A stretch of DNA of 63,061 nt, counting the filler, from Phoronis australis (lineage: Eukaryota; Animalia; Phoronida), in the NCBI GenBank assembly GCA_002633005.1. It is 12 parts of 12 records of this genome, joined end to end, with 100 filler letters (N's around TTAATTAATTAA, not from the genome) between each part and the next. Parts side by side here need not be neighbours in the genome. Positions count along the whole stretch, not along the records: positions 24,610 to 38,595 come from NMRA01001077.1; 11 more parts are not named here. One strand, written 5' to 3'. Position 1 is the stretch's first letter, and every line of letters begins with the position of its first letter. The notes under the pieces are model-generated. The model did no database searches, was not told where the DNA came from, and saw only the letters and a list, made by a program, of their open reading frames with translations. The position numbers and the translations under genes were made by a program. Positions 25,706 through 37,658 of this stretch are shown here, in pieces.

Positions 25706-25805
25706 TTGGTTAGTTGTTTGACATCCAACATCCAGTAGCTGCCCCACCTGGTGGTCAAATCATGAAGCTAGTTGATTAGTTTGTTGACATCCAACATTCA
25801 ATAGC
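25706..25805 (-). repeat. Inverted copy of the 28864-29200 modular repeat unit
   Basis: GACATCCAACATCCAGTAGCTGCCCCACCTGGTGGTC is a close reverse complement of GACCACCAGGTGGGGCAGCTATTGGATGTTGAATGTC. Confidence 0.75.
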
Positions 25806-27841
25806 AAATTTTAATCAAACTGCTAAGAAAACAATATATTTTTAAAGGAAAAGAAATTCATTTGAAATGTAAAACATGTTCAAAAAGAAAATCATAGAAA
25901 ATTATTTTGAAAATATTTGTATTTAAAATGGAAATATTGAAAATAACAGGTGTTCGTGAAAATATCAGATGTAAAACAATAAAAAAAATTGAAAGTGAAA
26001 CAATTTTAAAACCAAAACAAAATCACTATCAAATACAAAATATTTTGCTTTTTGTCTCCATTTTCGAGTGATTTTAAAATGAGAAGCAGCCCTTGGCTGC
26101 TAGAATTGATGAGTTCATGTGGATAATTTTTTGCTAACACTGGTCACTGCTCAGATTTTTTATTTCATTTTTAATGCCCGTCTACTTTTTTCTCTTATCG
26201 GGAAAGGGTTAGTTAATATCTTTTTATTTTATTCATAAACTGGAAGTACCAAAACAGTGTTGGATTTTGATTACCAGCGAAACTTAATTAGTTCAGTAAA
26301 TTTCAGCTCAGTTAATTGTAAACCCATCCCTGAACCTTCCAGATTTCAGAAAGCTACTAGACATATCACAGCAAACAAAACTACCTTTTTTTAAGTCATA
26401 AAAAATGAAAGGGCACAATTTGAATACAGCTGTATCCGAGTTAAAAATCTGGTCAAACGAGATTGAAAGAATATTAAAAGAATAATCCATGCGATATTGT
26501 CAACTTTGATCAGTGTTTGTAAATCCACAGAGTATATCAATGTTCACAGTCGTTTTGCTTCAATCGTACCCAATTTTGTAGTTATTGGCTTATGAGTTCA
26601 TCGGTTTTTAAAAGTCGAAATCCTTGCTTAGTTACTTTTTCCAGATGACTACCGCAGTGGTGTTTGTCTTTAACGAAAGTTATTAAAAAATTTTGTAAAT
26701 GCATTTTGAAAACTCCCATCATGTACAGGCAGAGATGTTTACTACAGTTTAGGTTTCAGGTAATTATACACTTACCTGTAATGGGGTTTATCTCCCATGT
26801 GTGGGATAATGCCCTCTTCACAACTGTAGTGTTCATTACTTGACTATAGGTCTATTTGTGTCCCTATACAATCATTCATTGATAGTTTGAGCTGTCTAAG
26901 TACCACAATGTTTGTAAACAGAACACTAATGAGCCTGTAGTAATATGGCCCCACAAAATAGTTTAGGTTGGGTGGGTCAGTGAGCTGTATGTGGACCAAC
27001 AAAGGATTAATCTGGACTGTGAACACTCATAATAGAATAAGTGATCACACTGATACCAAGGAAACAGCAGTGACAAAAGATTAAAGTGAATTCCTAGACA
27101 AGTTAACAACAAATACAGATCTCTTATGATACTGGATGGAAACTTCAGTGAAATGAAACATGTAATTGTTATAAAGTTGGTGCATATATATTAATACACA
27201 AAGAATAGCTTTAGAAAGACATGTCAAGATAAACAGAGCATTTTATTATTGAATTTTGAGGCGCCACTTGTGTTCGCAGTTGAATTTTACCTACATTTTG
27301 TTATGATAATTGTGAACTTGAAGCGTTTATTAATGCGCATGACATGGCTTAGGACAAACATGTCAAGATATGGAGGCAATTTGATTTTGAATTTTCTAAT
27401 GTCACTCATGGTAGGTGCAGTAGCTGTTGACTTGTGCACCTACATACCCTGTATTTATATGTGCACAACAATTAAACATTCTGATATTCACAGGCTTGAA
27501 TTTTGCATTTTCTACTTGATTTGATCAGCGCTGTTTATAGGGGCTGTCAGTTGTCTCAACTCAGATCCCACGTCATCAACTAAATAACGGGCATTTTCTT
27601 GTAATTTGCTACTGAGAGAAAGTTTCGCTACCACTACCGCATCTACTGAATAACGGGCATACTCTGTGTATATGACTATATGTGATGCAACAGACAGGGG
27701 TACTTGGGCCCCATCAACTAAATAACAAACATCCTGCGTGTAAGTGACTATTTTGATGAAATAGACACTAGTAGTTGGTTCACATCCAATTAAAATAATT
27801 ACCCCCTGTTGTGGCCGAGACATCATCCAAACTCCATCCCA

Positions 27842-28403
27842 CATGTGGTGAACATATCCACTACCACAAGAAACTGTAGGAACACTGCATTTATCCACCT
27901 TCACTCTTATCAGGCTTCTATTGTGAGTCAGCATGCGTGAATAATTGGCTGATAAGCCACCTCTGGAACTACTTTTGGCTGAATGGATGACCAGGCCATA
28001 AAATGATAATTAGCCAAGACCAGTTACTATAATGCAACAAACAATAATGTCTTGCATCACCTAGCCTTGGTGGAAAGCTGTATACTGTATAGGCTCTAAT
28101 AAACGCTTAGAAAAATTCATTTCACGGGGAGGGGACGCTTATTGTAGCCTACGGCAGCTGAAACTCGGTTTCCCAAACGGGTAAAATCGGAAGCTAGGGT
28201 TCATCAAAATTACGCTCTGTGACGTATTTGTAGCCTATGACAGTCTTTCTACAAAATTGCGGTGCATTGCTATCAACTTCCGTTGTTAAATTACGATAAT
28301 TTTTCAAAAAATTGTGCTCTTCACAGGGCGAAAACTTGCCGACTGATGCGTCGCTGAATCGCAATCGTTAATAGGAAAACTTGAACTCTTGATTAAAAAC
28401 ATA
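27842..28403 (+). repeat. ~560-bp dispersed repeat of unknown family (second copy at 52449-53008)
   Basis: Long colinear near-identity, e.g. TCACTCTTATCAGGCTTCTATTGTGAGTCAGCATGCG...GGAAAACTTGAACTCTTGA. Confidence 0.9.
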
Positions 28404-28454
28404 TCCATGATAGCAAGTAGCAGCATAAATTCAAGAAAATAACTACGGTTTTAA

Positions 28455-28502
28455 AACTTGACATGTTTCGGTGTCATTTATTAAACACCATCCTCAGAAG
28501 TC
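28455..28502 (-). ncRNA. Minimal type I hammerhead ribozyme (Penelope-like-element type), copy 1
   Basis: Minus strand reads GACUU-CUGAGGA-U-GGUGU(UUAAUAAAUG)ACACC-GAA-ACAUGU-C-AAGUU: intact core, 5-bp stems I and II, palindromic stem III, GUC cleavage triplet. Confidence 0.8.
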
Positions 28503-28863
28503 ATAAATTCAAAGTTGTACTTAGATTTGTTTTCGCTCCTCTTTTAAAACATAACAGTAAAAACTACGTAAAACTCTCTCCATAAAAAGTACAGTCTTCT
28601 ACGCTAGATTGTAATCAGCTGATCATATCCACATGAGCGAAGCCAATTATCCTCGCTCGTGACTCGATGAATAGAGCAGCTTGGCAGCATCCCTTTGATC
28701 GTGAGCAGAGCGCGACTCAGCCAAGGTGGATAAATACGGTCTAGTTCAATTTTCCATACCCCACCGTTTACCTTGACCATTGGGGTTAGGACCAATCTTA
28801 TTTAGTGGGAGTGTTTATAGCATGCATTTGCTATCTCCTTTTGCGCCGTCTTGCCGTTTAACA

Positions 28864-29200
28864 ACCAGGTGGGGCAGCTATTGGATGTTGAATGTCAACC
28901 AACTAACCAGCTATCTGTTCCTTTGGATAGCATTAATATATGACCACCAGCTAGGTGGGGCAGCTATTGGATGTCGGATGTAAACCAAATAACCAGGTGA
29001 CTCTAATACTGGGTAGCTTTAATATTTAACCACCAGGTGGGGCAGCTATTGGATGTCACGGTCACAGTCAGAAGTCAACCAACTAACCAGCTATCTACTC
29101 TTTTGGATAACTTTAATATCTGACCACCAGGTGGGGCAGCCAACTAACCAACTATTTCAAGGAATAGTTCTACAATTTGACCACAAGGTGTCGGCAGTGG
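28864..29200 (+). repeat. Degenerate tandem array of 4-5 irregular units (~56-94 bp) with core ACCAGGTGGGGCAGCTATTGGATG
   Basis: Core at ~28865, ~28950, ~29031, ~29126 and, degenerate, ~29180. Confidence 0.8.
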
Positions 29201-29291
29201 TGATGTGTTGATACCATCATAGACTATAGTACATGTGTCTATAATCTATGATACCATGTAAGATATTGTGACATGTATGCCATATTCCAAC

Positions 29292-29427
29292 AGCACCAGT
29301 GTCTAAGAACTGTTTTGCTGAAAGAACAATACACTTTGTAAACAGGTGGTGTTCCACAGACCAATAGCACCAGTGTCCATGAACTGTTTGGCTGAAAGAA
29401 CAATACACTTGGTTAACAGGTGGTGTT
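29292..29427. repeat. 74-bp tandem duplication
   Basis: AGCACCAGTGTC...GCTGAAAGAACAATACACTT...AACAGGTGGTGTT starts at 29292 and again at 29366. Confidence 0.8.
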
Positions 29428-32400
29428 AAACCATTACGAAAATCAGACAAGTGAAAGGCAAGTGTTTAGTTAGCATGCTCAGGACGATATACTAGCTACA
29501 TGGAGGTCACTGAAGTGACTGGTTGGTGAGGTTGAACTGTTGAATTAGTGGACATTTACATTCATGAATTAAGGCATGAAATTAGTAGACAAAATTCATG
29601 ACTTAAGGCATAGAATGGGGCTATTCGGAAAATCTACAGTAACTAGAGGGTGTGCGTGTACTAGTGGTGATAGATTAACAGCCTCGATTTCGCGAGCCCT
29701 TTAAATACATGGTGAAATGGCTTGAAGCCGTGCCAACTGAATCTGAGATTGCGTAAAAAGAGTGCTTCTATGAGAGGAAGTAAGCACGACCTCATACAAT
29801 GGTAAGGTTTGTGATTAGGTTAATGATTATTCCATCATTATTCTACCGATGCCTGTTAACTGAGGCACTCGCCGATGTCGACTTCGCGGCAGTCAGTCGT
29901 CAGCCAGAGTCTGGTTAATCTTTGTATGTTGTGATATGTGATACGATACTTGACGTAGCAATAGGGATCTTTTCGAACATCAAAGCATTATTATTGTTTG
30001 GAATGATTTCTAAAAGTTTATCAGTGACAGTTACATCTATCAATGCTGAATGTTTATGCTGTCAACTCGATACAGGTTAATGAGTTAAGATTACAATCCA
30101 ATCCCAATGGCAAAGGGTACGTGAGTGATAAATATCCATTGCATTAGACTATTTGTTTACTACCTATCATATGTCTTCTGGAAATCCATTACACGTTGAA
30201 ATGGAAATCTATCACGTCAGTTTTCACGTAACCTTTGGTTTTTAGGTTTGAAAGCTTGTACCGTGCAGAGGAGATATGCATCGCTTCTGCACCGTCCCTG
30301 AATGGACAAAAATTGGTTTTTAGCATTTGACTGCAGCTAACCAACAAGATCTTCCCATCCAGTGCAGATCTGTTGTCAAAGCCTACTTTCAATATTGGAG
30401 ACAACGAACAAAGCCTTTGAAAAGGAACAGCTATTTTTAAAGTCATTTTGTTAAATTACTTATTCAGGTCCCGAGGGGGGATTGGCATGGGGGGTTGTAA
30501 TATTTGGTACAACTGAATGTGTGGAAATAACAGGTAATACATGTTTGGGGAAAAGAGCATGGTGAGGTAATTCTTAACCTTCACGAAGTCCCTTCAAGTT
30601 GATTTCATGAAACTGTTTTGCTACTTGTATCAATTGTAAAACCACGAAAATATATTACATTTTCCGAATTCACAGTGACTGAATAGTCTTAACTCATGCC
30701 TTGAAATGTTGCAAGTCGTTATAAATTCAAATGACTGCCATTTTTGTGAAAATTGCATTTTTGATGGTGCCTTACGATTTGTAATTACTCTTAAACAACA
30801 GAAAGATTATCCATCATTTTTAAATGACCCAAGTCTTCATATCTTCTATTAGAAGAAAAACGGTTCCCTCAACCTTAGGCTAGAAGTATGCTTGACAGAC
30901 CCATGAACCTGTAATCTGAGTTTAAAATTGCTGAAAGTATCAAAATTAAAAAGGCTTGAAAATGGGTAACAAAGGTTTGAAGTTGTCTCAAAAAACTTGT
31001 ATATTTTACAGACAAGTGATGCGTTTAAAGAATTGTTATGGCTAGGGATAAAAAATAAAGACACAGTTTTATGCAATACTCATTATATACACCCTTGGTT
31101 TCTGAAAATAGTAATTATTTACTTTTATGTGAAACTGTAGACCAATCACCATATATTTTTGAAAAACAGGGATAACATTTTTGATCCAATCTGGAGTACT
31201 TAATTATTCATATTTCAATATTTGTTCCAGGTTCAGTGACATTTTAAGGCCACTTCAAGCTGTATCATAGACAAGCTTTGTTACTCCGTTCTCTTCCCAC
31301 AGCACTTCCACACACCAGCAGTGCTGCATGGCACAATGTGCAAGTCAGTGGCCCTGGAGAAATGTGAATCGCAGTACTAAGTTACCATAAGACAATGTGC
31401 CAGTGGAGTGTCTGTGTATCCAGACGAACTATATCTGACTGCTACACAAATAAGCCTTGTTGGTGAGGATGCCCTTTCATAGGCAATGAGTCATGTGTGG
31501 ACAATAGCTTATTTCCTTTCCTGGAAGAAACATGAGGGACTGAAGCTAAAGAAGACCTAGTCACACTCTGGTCTAGTTCAGAGTCTGATTTTGGGCTCAA
31601 AACGATTCAAGTGATATGCTGCTGTGTTTACCTTCAAGGGTCTAATTGTGGATGTTATTGAGGCTGAATGAGGTTACATGAAAGAAAGCCACGTGTTGAA
31701 ACTGGACCTTTTTTACAAGCGCTTCTATAGGCCATTGAAACTAGAACCCAATGAAATAAAAGCCAAAAGCTGATTGACATTAAATTTCCTTTCAGAAGAA
31801 AGGCTTTATACTATTGGTAAAAACTTTTCAATTTGGTACAGATTATATGGAAATGACATTCAGTGACTGCATCAATTGTCTTACTGTATATTTTCAATTG
31901 TAGCTAGCTGGATAAGAATCTGCTATGCACAAGATTCGAGAACAAAAAATTATCAGTGTATTTAAAACAAATGGCAAACTGAAAAAGCACAGAAAGAAAC
32001 AACATTGCGAGGGAGTCCATAATCAGGCATATCAGGTGCTGAATTTCTGAATTACGTTCAATTCTCTCAGGTTATTGCTGAAGGATTGCTTTTCACTTTG
32101 TCCAACGGTGAAATAGATGGGCAGGCGGTTGGTTTCAGTTGTTTGTTTGCCTGTAACAGAATAGAAATATTAGTAAATTGTAAAAGAAAAGACAAGACAA
32201 AACTACTTTTGTAAGGCAGAACATACTTGACATTTCATCTCCATGTTTATGTGTAGAAACTAATAACCTTTGTACCCAAGTCTTCTTTATTATCTGAATT
32301 AAAATATGTAAAACAGGGTAAAAGTGATTTAACAATGTGTATTTTTCATGACACTTAAAATGTGCTTCTGATCTCAACAAGTAAAATTCATTCTAGGTGT

Positions 32401-33577
32401 CAATTTTTTCCAATGCAATGTTACGACATTTACTGAATTAAGGCTTATTCATGTTAATTCGATAACTGAGCTGGTGGTCCTGGGGGTGGGGTCCACGATA
32501 AAATAAGGAAACTCACTCATCTAGAGAATTTTATTGAAAACAGCATAGTATTGAAGAGAAACTGCGGTGAAAAAGTCACTTGTGACTTCTGTGCATCACG
32601 TACAATACACCTCTTATTTTGGGAGCACTTCCACCCAGGACAATATGGATATGTGTTGCTGGCCTACCCGGCATCGGGTGAGTTTCCAAAAAGAAACACT
32701 TAGTTCCCGGCACTCAATAAAACTGTTATTCAGTGGGGTAACTGGTGGTGATAACATCAACGAACGATGTTGATAGAAACTGATTGCTAAAAACTTACCA
32801 AGTAATGTTGTGTAGTCTCTGAATGAAACTCCATAGTCATAGAGCACACACGGGCTTCAGCATCCACACACTTTTTGTCAGTTAGTTGACCCTGTTGACC
32901 GCAATTGCCCACGAATATAGTAACCTTAGGTCTTTTGGGAATTTGTGGCCACCTGTCGAAGACTTGCACCAGGGAAATTAACAGTAATAAGGCTTAGCGC
33001 GACGACGTATTTCGATAAAAAATCCATCTTTTACCAGTTGTTTACATGCAGACAGCCACGCATGCGCAATTCAATCACCACTAGTACAGCAGCGACACCG
33101 CGAGGAGAATTCTCCGAATAGTCCCATTAGTTTGCAAAATTCATGAAGGCATAGAATTCGCCATTTCCATTCCATAAGTGAAGATTTTTCACCTGAAGTG
33201 CAAGATAATGTTTGGGTCTACGAACACAGCCCTGTATATAACATTCAGAACCCAGTCTCAATACCCACATTAAACAAGTCAAAAATGAACATTTAATCAA
33301 ACAATCAATGAAATCGAGGTACATTTTGTATTTATCCCACGCTATTCGAATTCCTAAGTTTCTTACATTTTTCGGCAGATTTTTCAAGTATTTCACCCAG
33401 ACTGTTCACATGGCGGATCACATCATATATGTATGTAGGACAACTTGCGCTTTAGGTTGCAAGTTTTCTCTTGAAAAAGAAACAGTTTTAAAAGTAACCA
33501 TTTATTTCTTGAAAAGAGGCAGCAAAGATGAAAACAACGGCAACTGAGCAGTGAACGTGTAACATCTCCTGGAAATA

Positions 33578-36395
33578 CCGTAATCGTTCGGGTTAACGCC
33601 CATGCTCAGTTAACCGCCCATCCCTGACTTTAAGTGGATTTTCGAATTAACCGCCCACTGCTCGATTAAGCGCCCCCTGCGATTTTTGAAGATTTCCAGT
33701 TAAGCGCCCACCTCTCGGTTAAGCGCCCATCCCCAACTTTTAAAAAATGAAGATTTAGCGCCAAGTGCTAAGAAAACGCGCAATTCACCAACTTTTAGAA
33801 AATGATCGACGATCACAATGAGTGCAACGACGTCGGGACTCCGAGACGGTGGTTTAGCAATCTGAATTACAATACAGGTAACGAGTTATTGTCTTGGGTC
33901 ATAAACTCACTTCAAAACATAATACTTGAACCTTTTTGTCACTTTATTTTCTTCCCTTGTTTGCAAAGTTTAAGAACGCCGGCGGCGTCAAAACCTCCGC
34001 TTTCAGCGACTTTGTCTGCCACGCTGAGTTTCCGTCTGTGGTGCACTAGATAAAACATATATTCGAAAAAATCAGGCCAGAGAAATGTGACAACAGTTTT
34101 GCCAACCCTCCAAATTCTATTAAGGTGGGAAGCTCTCGTATTTTGAACAAATCTCACAACTCACGGAAAGATGTCAAATTCTCAATATTTTGATGAATAT
34201 AACTGCCGGGTTATAGAGGATGTGGGACGACCGAAGGGACAGTACAAGTGCCTTACTGGGTTACCGATTTCGTTGCTGCCTGTCGATTTCTGAATTCAAA
34301 CGTTGACAATAATGTATGTTTGTGTATGATCTTGAAGTAATAAAAAACGGCTAGTCAAATTTTGTTTTTCGCTTATTGCATCTCAGTCAAACTGGCGTTA
34401 GCAGATTTAACTAATGTCGCTGGCTGTTCTTTACTATTCTTGCGTCAGCCTCCACGTAAGCGTGACTGTGTGAATTATCGTGTCCAAATCCCCTTTTTAG
34501 CCATCCAGAATAATTTTGTTTATACAATGGCCATTTTCAGCCTGAACAAAAATTCTTACCATTCGAGTCTGAAATATCTACGACGTAGACTGCTTGACGA
34601 TAGCGGGTAGGAGATTCACACAGCTAGTTACAGGCCATGGGCTTAGGGAGCATCGAGTCGGGAAATATGGCAATAGACTTGACATCGCAGTTTTGGGGAA
34701 CATTGGCAACGGAGGAATATCGTAAAAAACTGGGTCTTTCGTAACAACAGCTTAAAAGCACATAGTGACGCCCGTTTTTGTTCCTTCGGACTGTCACTAT
34801 GTGTGACTGATTTGCAGTGGTGCACGTGCGCAAGTTCCCACACTTTGGAGTGCATGTTACCTTGACACCAACATGTGATTGACAGGTGACTCACACGTAG
34901 GCCCTACGTGCGTGCTGCATACCGCCGCTATCTTTGGCCATAAAAAACAGATGCATATCGAAAGAGGCCGTTATATTACTTGACGGCATTTCCAAGTCAC
35001 AATTGTCAGCCGCCTGAGTCATTGCGCGATAACAGCGGGACCGAACAGTGCCGCCAGTGCGATATTAGGTACAAGTGATATAAATAGGATAATCTGGACA
35101 TCTTGCATGAAAAATAAATGTTTTTCCACCACGAAGTTTGGTAAGGTGATCGTTTAGAATAATGAATTGAAACATTGCTGTTTTCTGACATTTTGTAACA
35201 TGTTTATGCAGTTGCTTGAAATTTTATTCTTGATCGACGACTGGCTTGACCACCCCCGATCATTGTCTTACTTCTTTGCATAGCATGTTTGGCGCAACGG
35301 CAAGATAGCAATGCCGGGCTGTCGAGATGACAGCTAGCCGCAGAACCATACGCTGAAAATGTCATTGAGTCACGGAGTGTCGACTATAACATCCCAAACA
35401 CAAACAACAACAGAGTTAAGTTTTTCAAACTTTTATTACAACCAATTCTAAAACTGCTCTCTGAGTCGGAACTTGACAGCTACATATAGTACGAGCCTGT
35501 AAACATAAATTTGATGTCTGACCTCTGCAACACGTGAAGCTTGCACGCGCGCACTTAAGCAGGGTCACATCTTGAAACAGTTTTAATTCTAGTGGAGGCT
35601 GCGAGGTCACTGGTCGTCTGCACACCGCAGGACGGCACGGGGCTATTACTCAGCAATTTTGTAAATTTAATAGTGAATGACTAATCTGTGGGCAAGAGAA
35701 CCTTTGTTGGGATCATCCGCTGTTATGATGTTTTCACAGTCATTCGGCGACGTGACGATAAAGCTCTTTGAAAAGGGCTACGCGTTCCGAGCAGGGCTTC
35801 ATCCAGGATTTCGAACATAGGGTGTCCAAAATGGGTTCCCAATATTCCAGGGCGTCCATGATTCCAACGACGCATTACCNNNNNNNNNNNNNNNNNNNNN
35901 NNNNNNNNNNNNNNNNNNNNNNNNNNNNNNNNNNNNNNNNNNNNNNNNNNNNNNNNNNNNNNNNNNNNNNNNNNNNNNNNNNNNNNNNNNNNNNNNNNNN
36001 NNNNNNNNNNNNNNNNNNNNNNNNNNNNNNNNNNNNNNNNNNNNNNNNNNNNNNNNNNNNNNNNNNNNNNNNNNNNNNNNNNNNNNNNNNNNNNNNNNNN
36101 NNNNNNNNNNNNNNNNNNNNNNNNNNNNNNNNNNNNNNNNNNNNNNNNNNNNNNNNNNNNNNNNNNNNNNNNNNNGTTCCGAGTATGATTGTCGTGTCGG
36201 GATTTAGATCGCCAGGTAAGATTAACCGCCCAGGGCGGTTGTCTGTCGTAATAAGCGCCCATGTTCGGTTAACCGCCTATCCCCTACTTTAGGTGGATTT
36301 TCGATTTAACCGCCCACTACTCGGTTAACCGCCCTCCCCCCATTTTTTGGATTCGCCAATTTAACCGCCCAGGGCGTTAACCCGAACGATTACGG
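33578..36395. mobile_element. Non-autonomous pogo/Tc1-mariner-like DNA transposon with perfect 24-bp TIRs and TA TSD
   Basis: TA|CCGTAATCGTTCGGGTTAACGCCC at 33578-33601 and GGGCGTTAACCCGAACGATTACGG|TA at 36372-36395. Many TTAA(C/G)CGCCC subterminal motifs. Spans the N gap at 35880-36175. No transposase recognised. Confidence 0.8.
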
Positions 36396-36757
36396 TAGTT
36401 AAAAAACAACAATTTTTGATATTTTAATTTCCTAGGAATTGGCGCCTGAGTTGTAGATGATATAGTATTCAGCAATTGAAAACTGAGAGAAAGTGTCTTA
36501 TAATTAACAGTTTTGTTCCAGATTTTACGTTTAGGGTCTGGTTGCATGTTGAGTGTTAGTTGCACTGCTGCAACTGTATTACTTTAAACTATATTCGGAA
36601 AGTTTGATGATCTAACCGGCTGAAGACGTCGAGTCAACAGTGACCTACCTTTTGAACTTTCCATGTCAGAGATCGCTGTTGAAGTAGTGCGGGAGGTGAA
36701 TACGGAAAACTTTATTACATGGCCATATTTCCCTTGACAGATTCAACGCACGTGGGA

Positions 36758-36899
36758 TAAAACTGTATAACAGACTCACTTCATTCAAACAAGTCTTACA
36801 CAACAAACACCAGGCTATAACTGTATAACAGACTTACTTCAATCACACAAGTCTTCCACAACAAACACCAGGCTATAACTGTATAACAGACTTACTTCC
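36758..36899. repeat. 58-bp minisatellite, ~2.4 copies
   Basis: AACTGTATAACAGACT at 36761, 36819 and 36877. Confidence 0.85.
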
Positions 36900-37267
36900 T
36901 TCAGTGGTAACTCCAGTGATAATCTTGCTACCTTCTCCATAACCTTTGATAGTTTTAGCAAACACCTTAATGACAAAACAAGGTCATGGTTTAGTGCTCA
37001 GTGGAGAATTCTTAATGGCAAAACATCTTTGACTTAGTGGATACTGGGTTTGCCAGCTGAAATGTATGAGGTGTGATTCAGGTGAACAGACTTTTTACAG
37101 AAAGTCAAACTTGCGTACACATCATTGAGAGGATACATAAGGTAAGGGCAGGTAATAACAGAACCATGGTCCAGTAGTGGTCACACCCTTCACTATTAAA
37201 TATAACTCACTTGACCATCACAAACATCAGTGACCAAACAAGTTCTCAACTGATGATGTAAAACTAG

Positions 37268-37452
37268 AATTAGCACCAGGAGGCGCTACAGCAGTTGTAT
37301 GCATCTAATAATTAGCACCAGGAGGCACTACGGTAGTTATATACATCTAATAATTAGCACCAGGAGGCACTACGGTAGTTGTATGCATCTAATAATTAGC
37401 ACCAGGAGGCACTACGGCAGTTGTATGCATCTAAAAATTAGCATCAGGCACA
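37268..37452. repeat. 42-bp minisatellite, ~4.4 copies
   Basis: AATTAGCACCAGGAGGC(G/A)CTAC...CATCTAAT at 37268, 37310, 37352, 37394 and, partial, 37436. Confidence 0.92.
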
Positions 37453-37658
37453 CTCTCCTGATGAGAAACTCATTTGCCATGACGAGTCAAAGGGCTTTGC
37501 TTATACAAGAGGGGAATACCAAAAACTGAAAATGGAGCTAATGATAACAAGGGGACAAAATATGCGAAACAGTCCAAAAAATGGGTAAGTGCAGCCTCTT
37601 CTTGATGAAAACTAATATCACCAAATTTTTGAAGTAAGACAAATTTGGAATTTGAAGG

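Noticed and set aside
26290-26700. Possible viral or Polinton-derived coding relic
   Set aside because: Multiple stops in the frames I translated and no recognisable motif.
33000-33040. Possible additional hammerhead (GAAAUACGUC on the minus strand)
   Set aside because: The CUGANGA core is absent and stem I does not form.
37268-37452. CRISPR-like appearance of regular repeats (also 48735-49054, 50130-50418, 28864-29200)
   Set aside because: The units are contiguous or have homologous intervals. There are no unique spacers and no cas genes, and the context is eukaryotic.
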